DNA from: Candidatus Heimdallarchaeota archaeon
GTDB taxonomy: Archaea > Asgardarchaeota > Heimdallarchaeia > JABLTI01
Direction: 5' to 3'
Length of the DNA: 32,000 bases
Assembly (NCBI GenBank): GCA_030614005.1
Contig: JAUWKS010000019.1
Coordinates: 1-32,000 of the forward strand
Positions 17,639 through 26,564 of the stretch are shown piece after piece; position 1 is the stretch's first letter, and each line of letters begins with the position of its first letter. The position numbers and the translations under genes were made by a program. The notes below the pieces were generated by a model, which ran no database searches, was not told the DNA's origin, and saw nothing but the letters and a program-made list of their open reading frames with translations.

Positions 17639-17714
17639 GGAGTCAGTTCGTCGCATGCTCATCATTTTTATGGCGTGGAGGCCATCAGGCTGGGGCGCTG
17701 TATCGTCATTCTCC
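17639..17714 (-). ncRNA. Box C/D methylation guide sRNA
   Basis: GGAG-A-ATGACGA(C)-TACAGCGCCCCAGC-CTGA(D')-TGGC ctccac GCCA taaa-ATGATGA(C')-GCATGCGACGAA-CTGA(D)-CTCC, followed by a T-rich tract. Confidence 0.9.
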
Positions 17715-17770
17715 AAGTCAATTATTCTAACATATTGCTAAAAGGTTTTGTATACAATTTAAAAGAATAA

Positions 17771-19267
17771 TTAATCTAGAGAAGGATCACCAACGGTAAT
17801 ATTTTTATCAAGAACAAAAGGTTCCGATGATTTCTCAGATTCAGAGGCATCATCAAAAATGTCATCGAAACCATCAAGTGCTCGAGAGGATTCTTCTTTT
17901 TCTTTTGCTAATTCAGCTATTTTCATATTGATTGAATCATCCAAGTGTCTTGCTGGTGTAAAGAAGTAAATTGCTATGAAAATAATTGCACCTAAAGCTC
18001 CAGAAACAGCAAATAAAATTCCTATAGGAACATATTCTCCAATTAAACCCGCTAAGAACATTCCAATCGGAGATATGGCCATTGACATAAACATTGTTGT
18101 TGAACTAACTCTGCCCATTTTTTCTTTCGGAACAACAAGTTGTAAAGAGGTACTAAAGCTTACATTTGCCATCGGATTGGGTACCATCCCAATAAAAAGA
18201 ATCAAACCAATAAGCCAGAATCTAATTGGCAATGTAGTTGGTACAAATACAAGTGCAATTTCCGCAGCAAATAATATCAACACACACACCAAAACAGCTC
18301 TAATCTTATTTTTGAATCCCTTGAAGAATGTCATAAAAAGTCCACCAAGAATTACACCAACTTGCATAAACCCTATAACAAGTGCATAACTCGCTTCTGT
18401 ACCTCCGTGAACTTTGCTAACAAATAACGGTAATAGAGTACTAATAGGAGAAAAGAAGAAATTGATTAAGGTAGCACCAATCATTATCGCTAATAATCCT
18501 TTAATGCCTTTAATTACACTGAAACCTTCTTTGAACTGAGCAGAGAATTTTGGTCGATTGCTTTTTTCTTTTTGAACTGGTGAAGGTATTTTAATCAATA
18601 GCAATGGAATGACTGCAATTGCGAAAGTAATAGCATCAATCCACATAGTTAAACTGACATCAAATATGTTCAATAACAGCGCTCCCAAAGCGGGACCTAT
18701 AACTTGAATTACACCGCTTACAAGATAAGCTACGCCATTCATTCTACCAAGATGTTTTTGTGGAACCATTGTTGGTATTAATGCACTGACAACTGGAGAA
18801 TGAAATGCCTGCATCGCTCCTCGCAAACCTAACGTGATAAAAACACTTACAATTAACAATGTTTTATTCGAAATTTGAGTTGGATCTGCAGGATTAGGAG
18901 TATAAAATATCATAAAAATAATTGTAAGCATAACAGTGAATAGAGCTTGAATGGTATCAACAGTAAATAACAAAGGTTTTCTTTTAGCTCTATCTGCAAT
19001 TACTCCAGAAAATGGTGCTACTAAAAGAAAGGGACCTAAACTGGCTAGTGCAGCTAAACCTAGCATTAGTTCACTTTGGGTTGTTTCAGACATCCACCAG
19101 ATAAGAACAAATGATACTACTGATGAACCTAATATCGATATCTGTTGTCCTGAAAAGAAGAAGATAAAATCTCGAAATCGCTTTTTCTCTTCTTGCGCAA
19201 TTTCTGCCTGACTCGCGCCATTTAATTCTAATCCCTTATCAAACTCTTCAGGATTGCCATTAACCAT
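17771..19267 (-). CDS. MFS transporter (MefA/DHA3-like efflux)
   Basis: FFFSGQQISILGS, motif A GVIADRAKRK, LIPTMVP..HLGRMNG, LQLVVP.EKMGRV, about 12 hydrophobic segments, acidic tail. Confidence 0.92.
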   Translation of the reverse strand: MVNGNPEEFDKGLELNGASQAEIAQEEKKRFRDFIFFFSGQQISILGSSVVSFVLIWWMSETTQSELMLGLAALASLGPFLLVAPFSGVIADRAKRKPLLFTVDTIQALFTVMLTIIFMIFYTPNPADPTQISNKTLLIVSVFITLGLRGAMQAFHSPVVSALIPTMVPQKHLGRMNGVAYLVSGVIQVIGPALGALLLNIFDVSLTMWIDAITFAIAVIPLLLIKIPSPVQKEKSNRPKFSAQFKEGFSVIKGIKGLLAIMIGATLINFFFSPISTLLPLFVSKVHGGTEASYALVIGFMQVGVILGGLFMTFFKGFKNKIRAVLVCVLILFAAEIALVFVPTTLPIRFWLIGLILFIGMVPNPMANVSFSTSLQLVVPKEKMGRVSSTTMFMSMAISPIGMFLAGLIGEYVPIGILFAVSGALGAIIFIAIYFFTPARHLDDSINMKIAELAKEKEESSRALDGFDDIFDDASESEKSSEPFVLDKNITVGDPSLD

Positions 19268-19535
19268 TTTCTTATCTTCCTTGAACTTCTATGTTATATT
19301 TAGGTGGTCACTCTATTTTTCCCAATTGGGTAGGAGTGACCAGTAAGAAAATCAAGTTATTTAATGAAAATTGTGGGATTCGTTCGCATCATAGCACGCA
19401 TTTCAGCAGTGTTTTTCTCTTCAAGGGAGTTCAAGTATGCTCGTGCAGCTTGAACTAATTTTATTTTTAGCAGTACTATTTCTAAAAGTAAAAGATAATA
19501 GAAGAATTAATAATTGAGTCATCCAAAAATAGCAT

Positions 19536-20312
19536 ATGGACGAACAATTACCTCTCACAGAGGAAGAAAAAGATCTATTGTCATTAAAGAAACAACAAAC
19601 AATAGAAGCAGCACTTTACTTAGCCGGAAGGCCAGTTCAACTTCTAGAATTAGCACAAGTAACAGATATTGACACTTCTGAAATCGGTTCGCTAATTAAA
19701 GAATTACAAAGTAAATATCGGCAGTTTTTCAGCTGTTTTGAGATAATCGAGCTACCAGGTAAGAAATTCGTTTTTCAAGTGAAAGCTGATATTGGGGAGA
19801 TTGTTAAAGAAATAACTTTGCAACCTATTCTTACAATAGCTGAATTACGAACATTGGCAATGATTGCTTATCAACAACCAGTAATGCAGTCCACTGTTGT
19901 TAAGGTTAGAGGGCAACAGTCGTATAATCATATCAAGAGTCTATTAAGAAACGGTTTTGTTAAATCGGTTCGAGTAAAACAAACTTTAGAGCTAAGAACC
20001 ACATCTATGTTTTCTGATTATTTTGGTTTATCGCAAGAAGCCGGTGTGCTTAAGAGACAACTTGGCTGGAGAACAAAACGAATAATTCGAAAGAAAAAAT
20101 CAGAAAGTCAAAGAGATTCTCATTCAATTGATAGCTTTATTCAACAAATTGGTTTGGATGGTCTAGCGGATAAATCACCGGATGAATTAGAATCACGTAT
20201 TTTGATAGATAAAGATGATGCGAAAAAGGCATTTCCAAGTATGCTAGATGATTTAGAAGGACCTGATCCTTTTATAGAGGAATCAATAGATGATTCTGAA
20301 GAAGAAGAATGA
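19536..20312 (+). CDS. scpB: SMC-Scp complex subunit ScpB
   Basis: IEAALY.AGRPV, ELRTLAMIAYQQPV....V..VRG, TT..FSDYFGL. Confidence 0.9.
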   Translation: MDEQLPLTEEEKDLLSLKKQQTIEAALYLAGRPVQLLELAQVTDIDTSEIGSLIKELQSKYRQFFSCFEIIELPGKKFVFQVKADIGEIVKEITLQPILTIAELRTLAMIAYQQPVMQSTVVKVRGQQSYNHIKSLLRNGFVKSVRVKQTLELRTTSMFSDYFGLSQEAGVLKRQLGWRTKRIIRKKKSESQRDSHSIDSFIQQIGLDGLADKSPDELESRILIDKDDAKKAFPSMLDDLEGPDPFIEESIDDSEEEE

Positions 20313-20328
20313 TAAGGAAATTATGCAA

Positions 20329-20355
20329 GATAAGCTTGATTGAAAAAAGCTTATC
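20329..20355 (+). terminator. Inverted repeat after scpB
   Basis: GATAAGCTT-N9-AAGCTTATC followed by a T-rich tract. Confidence 0.45.
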
Positions 20356-20655
20356 CAGTCTTACTTTTTCTGATGTTTTTCAAATACTACTATTTCTGTT
20401 AACAAGCTGGAGTGTATTGTTTTTATTTCTAGATAATAATGAAGGATAAGTGGATTTGTATCACTAGCATTTTTACAAGCAGCAGCAAAACCATCTTAGA
20501 CTAACAAATATTGAAATTGATTTCTTTCAAAAATCTTTTATTTAAAATAGACAGCGAATAAAACGTTTGAAAAAACTTAGTTCTCTATGAAAAGAACTAA
20601 AAATCAAATTATTTGTTAAATATAAAAAAGACAAAATAATAAGGAGTCTAGTCAC

Positions 20656-21810
20656 TTGGGTCTTTTATTAGAATTCGAAGGGAAAAAAGTTTTCAAAGAA
20701 GTTGGAATACCAATCCTCCCAGGCTTAGTTGCTTATAATTTACAAGAAGCAATAACTGCAGGGGAAGAACTTGGTTATCCTGTCGTTGTCAAAGGACAAA
20801 TCCTACACGGTGGTCGTGGCAAAGCGGGTTTAATCAAAGTGGTCAAAGATAAGAAGGAATTGGAGGAAGTAACTCCTAAAATTCTTAAAGGAACAATCAA
20901 AGATATGAAAGTTCAGAATGTCTTGATTGAAAAAGCTGTTAAAATAGTCAATGAATTATACATCAGCTCAATGTTTGATACCTTCTCTCGAGAGATTATT
21001 TTCATCTTGAGTACAGAAGGTGGAGTGGATATTGAAGCAGTTGCAGCTGAAACACCTGATAAAGTAAAGAACGTTCGATTCGAGATTGATTACGAATTTT
21101 CAATTAAAGATGCTACTGAGTTAGCAGCAAGCTTGGGATTCAAAGGAACAGAACTGGATCAACTTGCTGACATCCTAGTGAAAATGTGGGATGCTATGCA
21201 TACAAGAGATATTCAATTGGTTGAAATAAATCCAATGGCTGTTCTTGAAGGTAAGAAAATTATTGCTTTAGACTCTAAAGTGATAATTGATGATAATGCT
21301 ATTTATAGAAATCCCATCTATCAACAATTCATGGAAAAACGTATTCCTGATGATCCATTAGAAGATTTGGCACAAAGTTATGATGTCGCGTTCGTAAGAT
21401 TGGATGGCGATATTGGTATCATAGGAAATGGTGCAGGATTAGTCATGGGCACTGTTGATCTCATTGCAGAATTTGGTGGTCAAGCAGCAAACTTCCTAGA
21501 TCTTGGTGGTGGAGCAAATACTGAACGAGTTCTTAAAGCCCTAAGCATCGTTAAAAAAGTTGGTGAATCTGGAAAACCTATTGATGTTTTGCTGATTAAT
21601 ATTTTTGGCGGTATTACTAGATGTGATCATGTCGCAGAAGGAGTATCACACGCTCGCAAAGAACTTGGACTTGAAATGCCTTTTGTTGTTCGATTAGTTG
21701 GAACAAAACAAAAAGAAGGCATGGAAATACTCGAAAAAGCAGGAATGAATGCTTTTACAGAGATGGAACCAGCTGTTAGGAAAGCTGTTGAAATTGCTAA
21801 GGCAAAATAA
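20656..21810 (+). CDS. sucC: Succinyl-CoA synthetase beta subunit
   Basis: L.EFEGK, VVKGQILHGGRGKAG, EGGVDIE, EINP, GNGAGL, ANFLDLGGG, NIFGGITRCD. TTG start after AGGAG. Confidence 0.93.
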   Translation: MGLLLEFEGKKVFKEVGIPILPGLVAYNLQEAITAGEELGYPVVVKGQILHGGRGKAGLIKVVKDKKELEEVTPKILKGTIKDMKVQNVLIEKAVKIVNELYISSMFDTFSREIIFILSTEGGVDIEAVAAETPDKVKNVRFEIDYEFSIKDATELAASLGFKGTELDQLADILVKMWDAMHTRDIQLVEINPMAVLEGKKIIALDSKVIIDDNAIYRNPIYQQFMEKRIPDDPLEDLAQSYDVAFVRLDGDIGIIGNGAGLVMGTVDLIAEFGGQAANFLDLGGGANTERVLKALSIVKKVGESGKPIDVLLINIFGGITRCDHVAEGVSHARKELGLEMPFVVRLVGTKQKEGMEILEKAGMNAFTEMEPAVRKAVEIAKAK

Positions 21811-21825
21811 GGTTGGTGTAAATTA

Positions 21826-22695
21826 ATGAAGATTCTTGTAAATAAAGATACTAAAGTTATCGTTCAAGGAATTACTGGTAATCAAGGAACTTTTCATACA
21901 AAAGCAATGTTAGACTTTGGCACAAAGGTTGTTGCTGGTGTTACTCCTAAAAGGGGTGGTCAAGAAGTTCATGGCGTTCCAGTTTATAATTCTATCAAAG
22001 AAGCAAAAGAGAAACATGAAATCGACGCTACAGTTATTTTTGTTCCAGCAAAGTATGCTGGTTCTGCTCTCAACGAAGCAATTGATAATGATATTCAGCT
22101 AATCGTTTGCATTACAGAAGAAGTTCCAGTATGGGATGCTGCTAGAGCGGTCAAACGTGCAAAAGCAAAAGGAATTACTATACTCGGACCCAATACTCCG
22201 GGACTTGTATCCACAGATGGCTGCAAAATCGGTATCATGCCCAATTCTATCTTTGAACCAGGTAAAGTTGGTGTCGTTGCTCGAAGCGGTACATTATCCT
22301 ACGAAGTTATTCGCAATATTAAAGTTGCAGGACTCGGTCAAACTGTTTGTATAGGCATTGGTGGTGACCCATCACATGGTCTTGGTTTTCTAGAAAGCTT
22401 AGAAATGTTTGAGAAAGATCCAAACACAGAAGCAATTGTTCTCATCGGTGAGATCGGTGGAACAGAAGAAGAGCATGCCGCTGCTTACATCAAAAAACAT
22501 GTGAAGAAACCAGTGGTTGCATTTATCGGTGGACGCAATGCTCCTCCTGGCAAGAAAATGGGCCATGCCGGTGCTATAGTTTCCAGTGGTAAAGGTACTG
22601 CTGCTTCGAAGATCAAAGTTTTGGAAGAATCTGGTGTAAGTGTTGCTCGTTTACTTAGTGAAGTTCCAAAATTAATTCTAGAAAGACTGAAATAA
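21826..22695 (+). CDS. sucD: Succinyl-CoA synthetase alpha subunit
   Basis: VQGITG.QG.FH, GPNTPG, RSGTL.YE, IGIGGD, GEIGG, and the phospho-His motif KKMGHAGA. Confidence 0.95.
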   Translation: MKILVNKDTKVIVQGITGNQGTFHTKAMLDFGTKVVAGVTPKRGGQEVHGVPVYNSIKEAKEKHEIDATVIFVPAKYAGSALNEAIDNDIQLIVCITEEVPVWDAARAVKRAKAKGITILGPNTPGLVSTDGCKIGIMPNSIFEPGKVGVVARSGTLSYEVIRNIKVAGLGQTVCIGIGGDPSHGLGFLESLEMFEKDPNTEAIVLIGEIGGTEEEHAAAYIKKHVKKPVVAFIGGRNAPPGKKMGHAGAIVSSGKGTAASKIKVLEESGVSVARLLSEVPKLILERLK

Positions 22696-22702
22696 TTTTT
22701 TT

Positions 22703-22730
22703 AATGTTGGATTAATTTTCCAACATTTTT
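22703..22730 (+). terminator. Hairpin plus T-tract after sucD
   Basis: AATGTTGGA-TTAATTT-TCCAACATT-TTT, flanked by T runs. Confidence 0.55.
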
Positions 22731-23261
22731 ATTCTATTTTTCAAGTTATCCAATTTTGTTTTTTAATAGTATATTAACTATTTATTTTGTAACATCAATT
22801 AGAAAAAAGATTATCTAAGGATAGATAGTAGCACCTAAAATTACTCGGTATTTTGGGCATACTAAGATAGTTGTTCTTTTCTTTTTTTAAGTCTAAAACC
22901 TACAGGTTCAATATTTTTGTGTTTTTCAAGAATTTCTGTTATTGTTTCATCATATTTGGGACAAACCATATTTCACTATTCTTTCATTAGCTAAAGAGTC
23001 CAAATTCATAATATATTTTCTCCTTCAACAATTATCAACTACAGAAATTTTGATAATAAAAATGTATTCAAAAAAAGAAGATCCTTGAATGATAGACTGA
23101 ACATTCAAGAACTTAGCCTTCTTTTTCTACGTATAAAGATTAGTGCCAAAGTTATCATCTGTACCACTTTTTTTGTCAGAGAGAAGCTTTATTATCAATA
23201 TTAGTAAAGTCTTGTTAATTATTAGATGAATTATTCGAATGTAATAAGCGAGTTGTTTAAA

Positions 23262-24117
23262 ATGAAAAAAATATTTAATTTTGGAATATTACTTCTTATC
23301 ATCGTTTATGTTAACGAGCACAGCACTAGTAAAGTCTGATTATAATGTTTCAATTGGAGCAGAATTCACATATGATGTTGTTGAATCCTCCCAAACTGTC
23401 ACTGTTGGTGAAGATACTGGTGGTGGAGAAGGTTTTCTCTTTAAGGAAGATGCATTTAATGTAGGCGAACAAATTTTTGTAGAAGTTACAGATGCATCAA
23501 GTACTGAAGTAAAATATAATGTCACAGTAGGTTCTGTTATTAGGTCAACTCAATCAAATGGACTTGAAGATGCTGGAAATTTGTTTGCGGACTTGCAAGG
23601 TTCCTTGGATTACATCAGTAGTTTTGATAAATGGATTCAAGATGAAGTTGATGGTGGACCACGATTATTTTGTGATTACTTCATTGATCCAAATTTTTGT
23701 AACGTATTTTCTTTATATACAAATGAAACCTTAGCAAGAACAATTTTTCCAGATACCGCTGAAATCACATTTACTAAAATTGCTGGTCATTTCGATAACA
23801 GCTCTACCATTGCAGTATTTGATTGGGCTTTTGATTTTGAAATGAAAAACACAACAGCTAATACTGACTTTGTAGGAAAATACCTATGGAAATATTCTTT
23901 TGATAAAACCACAGGAGTGGTACAAGGATGGAAAGTAGCTATAGAATGCTCTGGTACTATTTTAGGTATTACTCAGTCATTTATTATGGAACAATGTGTT
24001 GAAATTGAGGGTTATAACATTGGCGAATTCTACTCTGAAGCAATTGGTTTTGAATGGTTAATTGCCATCCCTGCTTTAGCAGTAGTTGTTGGAGTAATAG
24101 CAGTAAAAAGAAGATGA
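23262..24117 (+). CDS. Surface/secreted protein resembling the Asgard choice-of-anchor S family; signal peptide frameshifted
   Basis: DYNV..G.EFTYDVV.S N-terminal pattern and C-terminal GFEWLIAIPALAVVVGVIAVKRR anchor. ATG 23262 (MKKIFNFGILLL) is out of frame with the main ORF (23281-24117). Confidence 0.65.
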
Positions 24118-24377
24118 CAATAAGCGAAGCGCTGAGTTTATACTCTCGTCTTTTTTTTTCTTTTTCAGTCTTTATTTCAATAAATAACTTCTTTTACTCG
24201 GAATATTAACTTTAAATATCCAAATAATTTAAATTAGATAATTTCAGAATAGAATTTGTTCTAGCAAAAGATTTTTTGCTTATGAAACAAAACAGTAGTA
24301 TACAGTTGAGTAAATAGTAAGAAGAATAGATTTATCAATTGACGTTGTTATTACATATTTAACTAAGGAAACTAACT

Positions 24378-24383
24378 AGGAGA
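24378..24383 (+). promoter_or_regulatory. Shine-Dalgarno site of the pilin-like gene
   Basis: AGGAGA 7 nt upstream of ATG 24391. Confidence 0.6.
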
Positions 24384-24390
24384 CATAAAA

Positions 24391-24882
24391 ATGGCTTCAG
24401 AATGGGTTATGTACATTAGCGTAATTGCAATTGGAGTAATTGCTATAGCTGGTGTAACTATGACTTTCAACATGATTAATACAAACACAATCGAAAGTAC
24501 CGTTGAAGTAGGACTTAATGATGTGCTGAATACTGTTGCTGAAGAGCTGAAAAATGTTCTTGAGCTAGGCATGGGCACCGATCCTCAGACTAGAGTAGCA
24601 ATCAACCGAACTCTTAGTCTCCCCATTGACATTTCAGGTCATCACTATGAAATCTCTTTCAAAGTCCTCCCAGGTGCGAAGCATTGGTTTATGGTAGCCA
24701 TTGACAATTCAGATGCATCCATAAGCGAAATTCCCTTTGAAACTACCGTTCCTTGGCAAGATGTTTCATTAGTAAATAAAGCAGGAACTGGATTGCCTTT
24801 GTTAAGTAGTGATAGCTTCCAACAACATATTGATTTTATCCGAGCAGCAGGATCAAATACCTTTACAATATATATTTGGTAA
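24391..24882 (+). CDS. Archaeal pilin-like protein
   Basis: N-terminal ASEWVMYISVIAIGVIAIAG hydrophobic helix, then LxxVxxxVAxEL and RTLSLPxDISGxxYEI, as I recall from archaeal pilin-like families. Lies directly upstream of a secretion ATPase. Confidence 0.65.
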   Translation: MASEWVMYISVIAIGVIAIAGVTMTFNMINTNTIESTVEVGLNDVLNTVAEELKNVLELGMGTDPQTRVAINRTLSLPIDISGHHYEISFKVLPGAKHWFMVAIDNSDASISEIPFETTVPWQDVSLVNKAGTGLPLLSSDSFQQHIDFIRAAGSNTFTIYIW

Positions 24883-24903
24883 TATTAATAGGTGCAAATA
24901 AAA

Positions 24904-26454
24904 ATGACAGAGAAAATCCCAAAAGATGAGGAACAATTCAAAACGGTTTCCTCCATTGAATCAGCTCCATTGCTTGAGGAAACGTATCCACTCATCCCTC
25001 CTTTTAGTTATTGTTTGATTCAGACCGATCCCATCTCTAATAGAACACAATACATTGTAGTCGAAGTTCCTTTAGAACAGAAAGAGGAAGAGAAATTTAA
25101 AACAATCAAACAAATCCTGATAGAAGAATTAGATGTTGATTTCTCGCTCTTAAAAGAGAAGGATCGTGCAGCTGAATATCTTCGTAGAAAAGTCTACGAT
25201 ATCGTTAAAGAGTATTCACTAAAATTGAAGGAAGAATCATTCGATAGAATTCTCTATTATGTTCAGAGAGATCTTTTGGGTTTTGGTAAAATTGAACCTA
25301 TATTAAAAGATCATATGATTGAAGATATCTCCTGTGATGGTGTCGGAGTACCTATCTATGTCTGGCATAGAAAACACGAATCAATTCCTACAAACATCAG
25401 TTTTGATGACGCAGAAGAATTGGATTCATTTGTTATTAAGCTGGCCCAAAGATCAGGCAGACACATTAGTGTAGCCAATCCAATTGTAGACGCTTCCCTT
25501 GCAGATGGTAGTCGTATCAACATTACTTATGGAAAAGAAGTAACTCAAAGAGGGTCAACATTTACCATCCGTAAATTTAAATCAGATCCAATGACAATAA
25601 CGGATCTAATCCTTCTAAATACTCTTGATCCATTGATTGGTGCCTTTTATTGGTTTGTTATTGAAAACAGACACTCCGTTATGATTGCTGGTGGAGTTGC
25701 CTCAGGAAAAACAACATTACTCAATTGTATTTCAATGTTTATTCTCCCTGATGCAAAAATAGTTTCTATAGAAGATACTGCTGAAATTAACCTCCCCCAT
25801 GAAAATTGGATCCCCGCTGTCGCTAGATTAGGTTTCGGGGGAATAGAGAAAGATGGTAGAAAGCGTGGAGAAATATCCATGTTTGACTTGCTGAAAGCTG
25901 CCCTCAGGCAGAGACCTGACTATATCCTTGTCGGTGAAATCCGTGGTGAAGAAGCATATATGTTATTCCAATCGATGGCTACCGGTCATCTTGGTTTATC
26001 AACAATCCATGGAGATTCAGTAGAATCAGTAATTCATAGGTTAGAATCAGAACCAATGAACATTCCTAGAACACTCTTACGTTCTCTCGACATCGTTGCT
26101 GTACAAAGAAAAGTACGTTTGGGTGGTAAATTTATGAGACGAACTGTTGAAGTCACTGAAATTGCAGGAGTTGACCCTGTAACCAACGAATTGCTAACGA
26201 ATCCAGTGTTTAAGTGGAACCCCAAAGAAGATAACTTCACTTTCTATGGTCGTTCTTACATTGTCGAACGAATCCGAGATGGTCTTGGCAGTTCTGATAA
26301 AAAATGCTGGGACGAAATCAACCAAAGAAAAACTGTTCTACGATGGATGGTTAAAAAGAAAGTCAGATACTGGGAAGATGTCAGCACTATAGTTCGAGAA
26401 TATTATAGCAACCCCGAAAAAACATTTGAACGAGCACGAAGAGGACTACAATAA
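24904..26454 (+). CDS. Type II/IV secretion system ATPase (TadA/FlaI-like)
   Basis: IEDISCDG, FTIRKF, Walker A GGVASGKTT, SIEDTAE, ALRQRPDYILVGEIRG, MATGH..LSTIH. Confidence 0.95.
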   Translation: MTEKIPKDEEQFKTVSSIESAPLLEETYPLIPPFSYCLIQTDPISNRTQYIVVEVPLEQKEEEKFKTIKQILIEELDVDFSLLKEKDRAAEYLRRKVYDIVKEYSLKLKEESFDRILYYVQRDLLGFGKIEPILKDHMIEDISCDGVGVPIYVWHRKHESIPTNISFDDAEELDSFVIKLAQRSGRHISVANPIVDASLADGSRINITYGKEVTQRGSTFTIRKFKSDPMTITDLILLNTLDPLIGAFYWFVIENRHSVMIAGGVASGKTTLLNCISMFILPDAKIVSIEDTAEINLPHENWIPAVARLGFGGIEKDGRKRGEISMFDLLKAALRQRPDYILVGEIRGEEAYMLFQSMATGHLGLSTIHGDSVESVIHRLESEPMNIPRTLLRSLDIVAVQRKVRLGGKFMRRTVEVTEIAGVDPVTNELLTNPVFKWNPKEDNFTFYGRSYIVERIRDGLGSSDKKCWDEINQRKTVLRWMVKKKVRYWEDVSTIVREYYSNPEKTFERARRGLQ

Positions 26455-26471
26455 TTCCTTTTCAGCTCTAA

Positions 26472-26510
26472 TTTTGCAAAAACAACAGTAAAGTTTGCTG
26501 TTTTGCAAAA
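26472..26510. repeat. Two perfect TTTTGCAAAA palindromes in an imperfect inverted repeat
   Basis: Copies at 26472-26481 and 26501-26510. Confidence 0.8.
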
Positions 26511-26564
26511 GCACTAAAATTTAAAATAGAGAACGTCTAACAATTAAAGAGGAAGGAATATCCT

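Noticed and set aside
19357-19506. 49-codon minus-strand frame ending VQAARAYLNSLEEKNTAEMRAMMRTNPTIFIK
   Set aside because: It looks protein-like but has no credible start or recognisable family. It might be a remnant but cannot be supported.
20361-20495. 44-codon minus-strand open frame between scpB and sucC
   Set aside because: No start codon and no motif.
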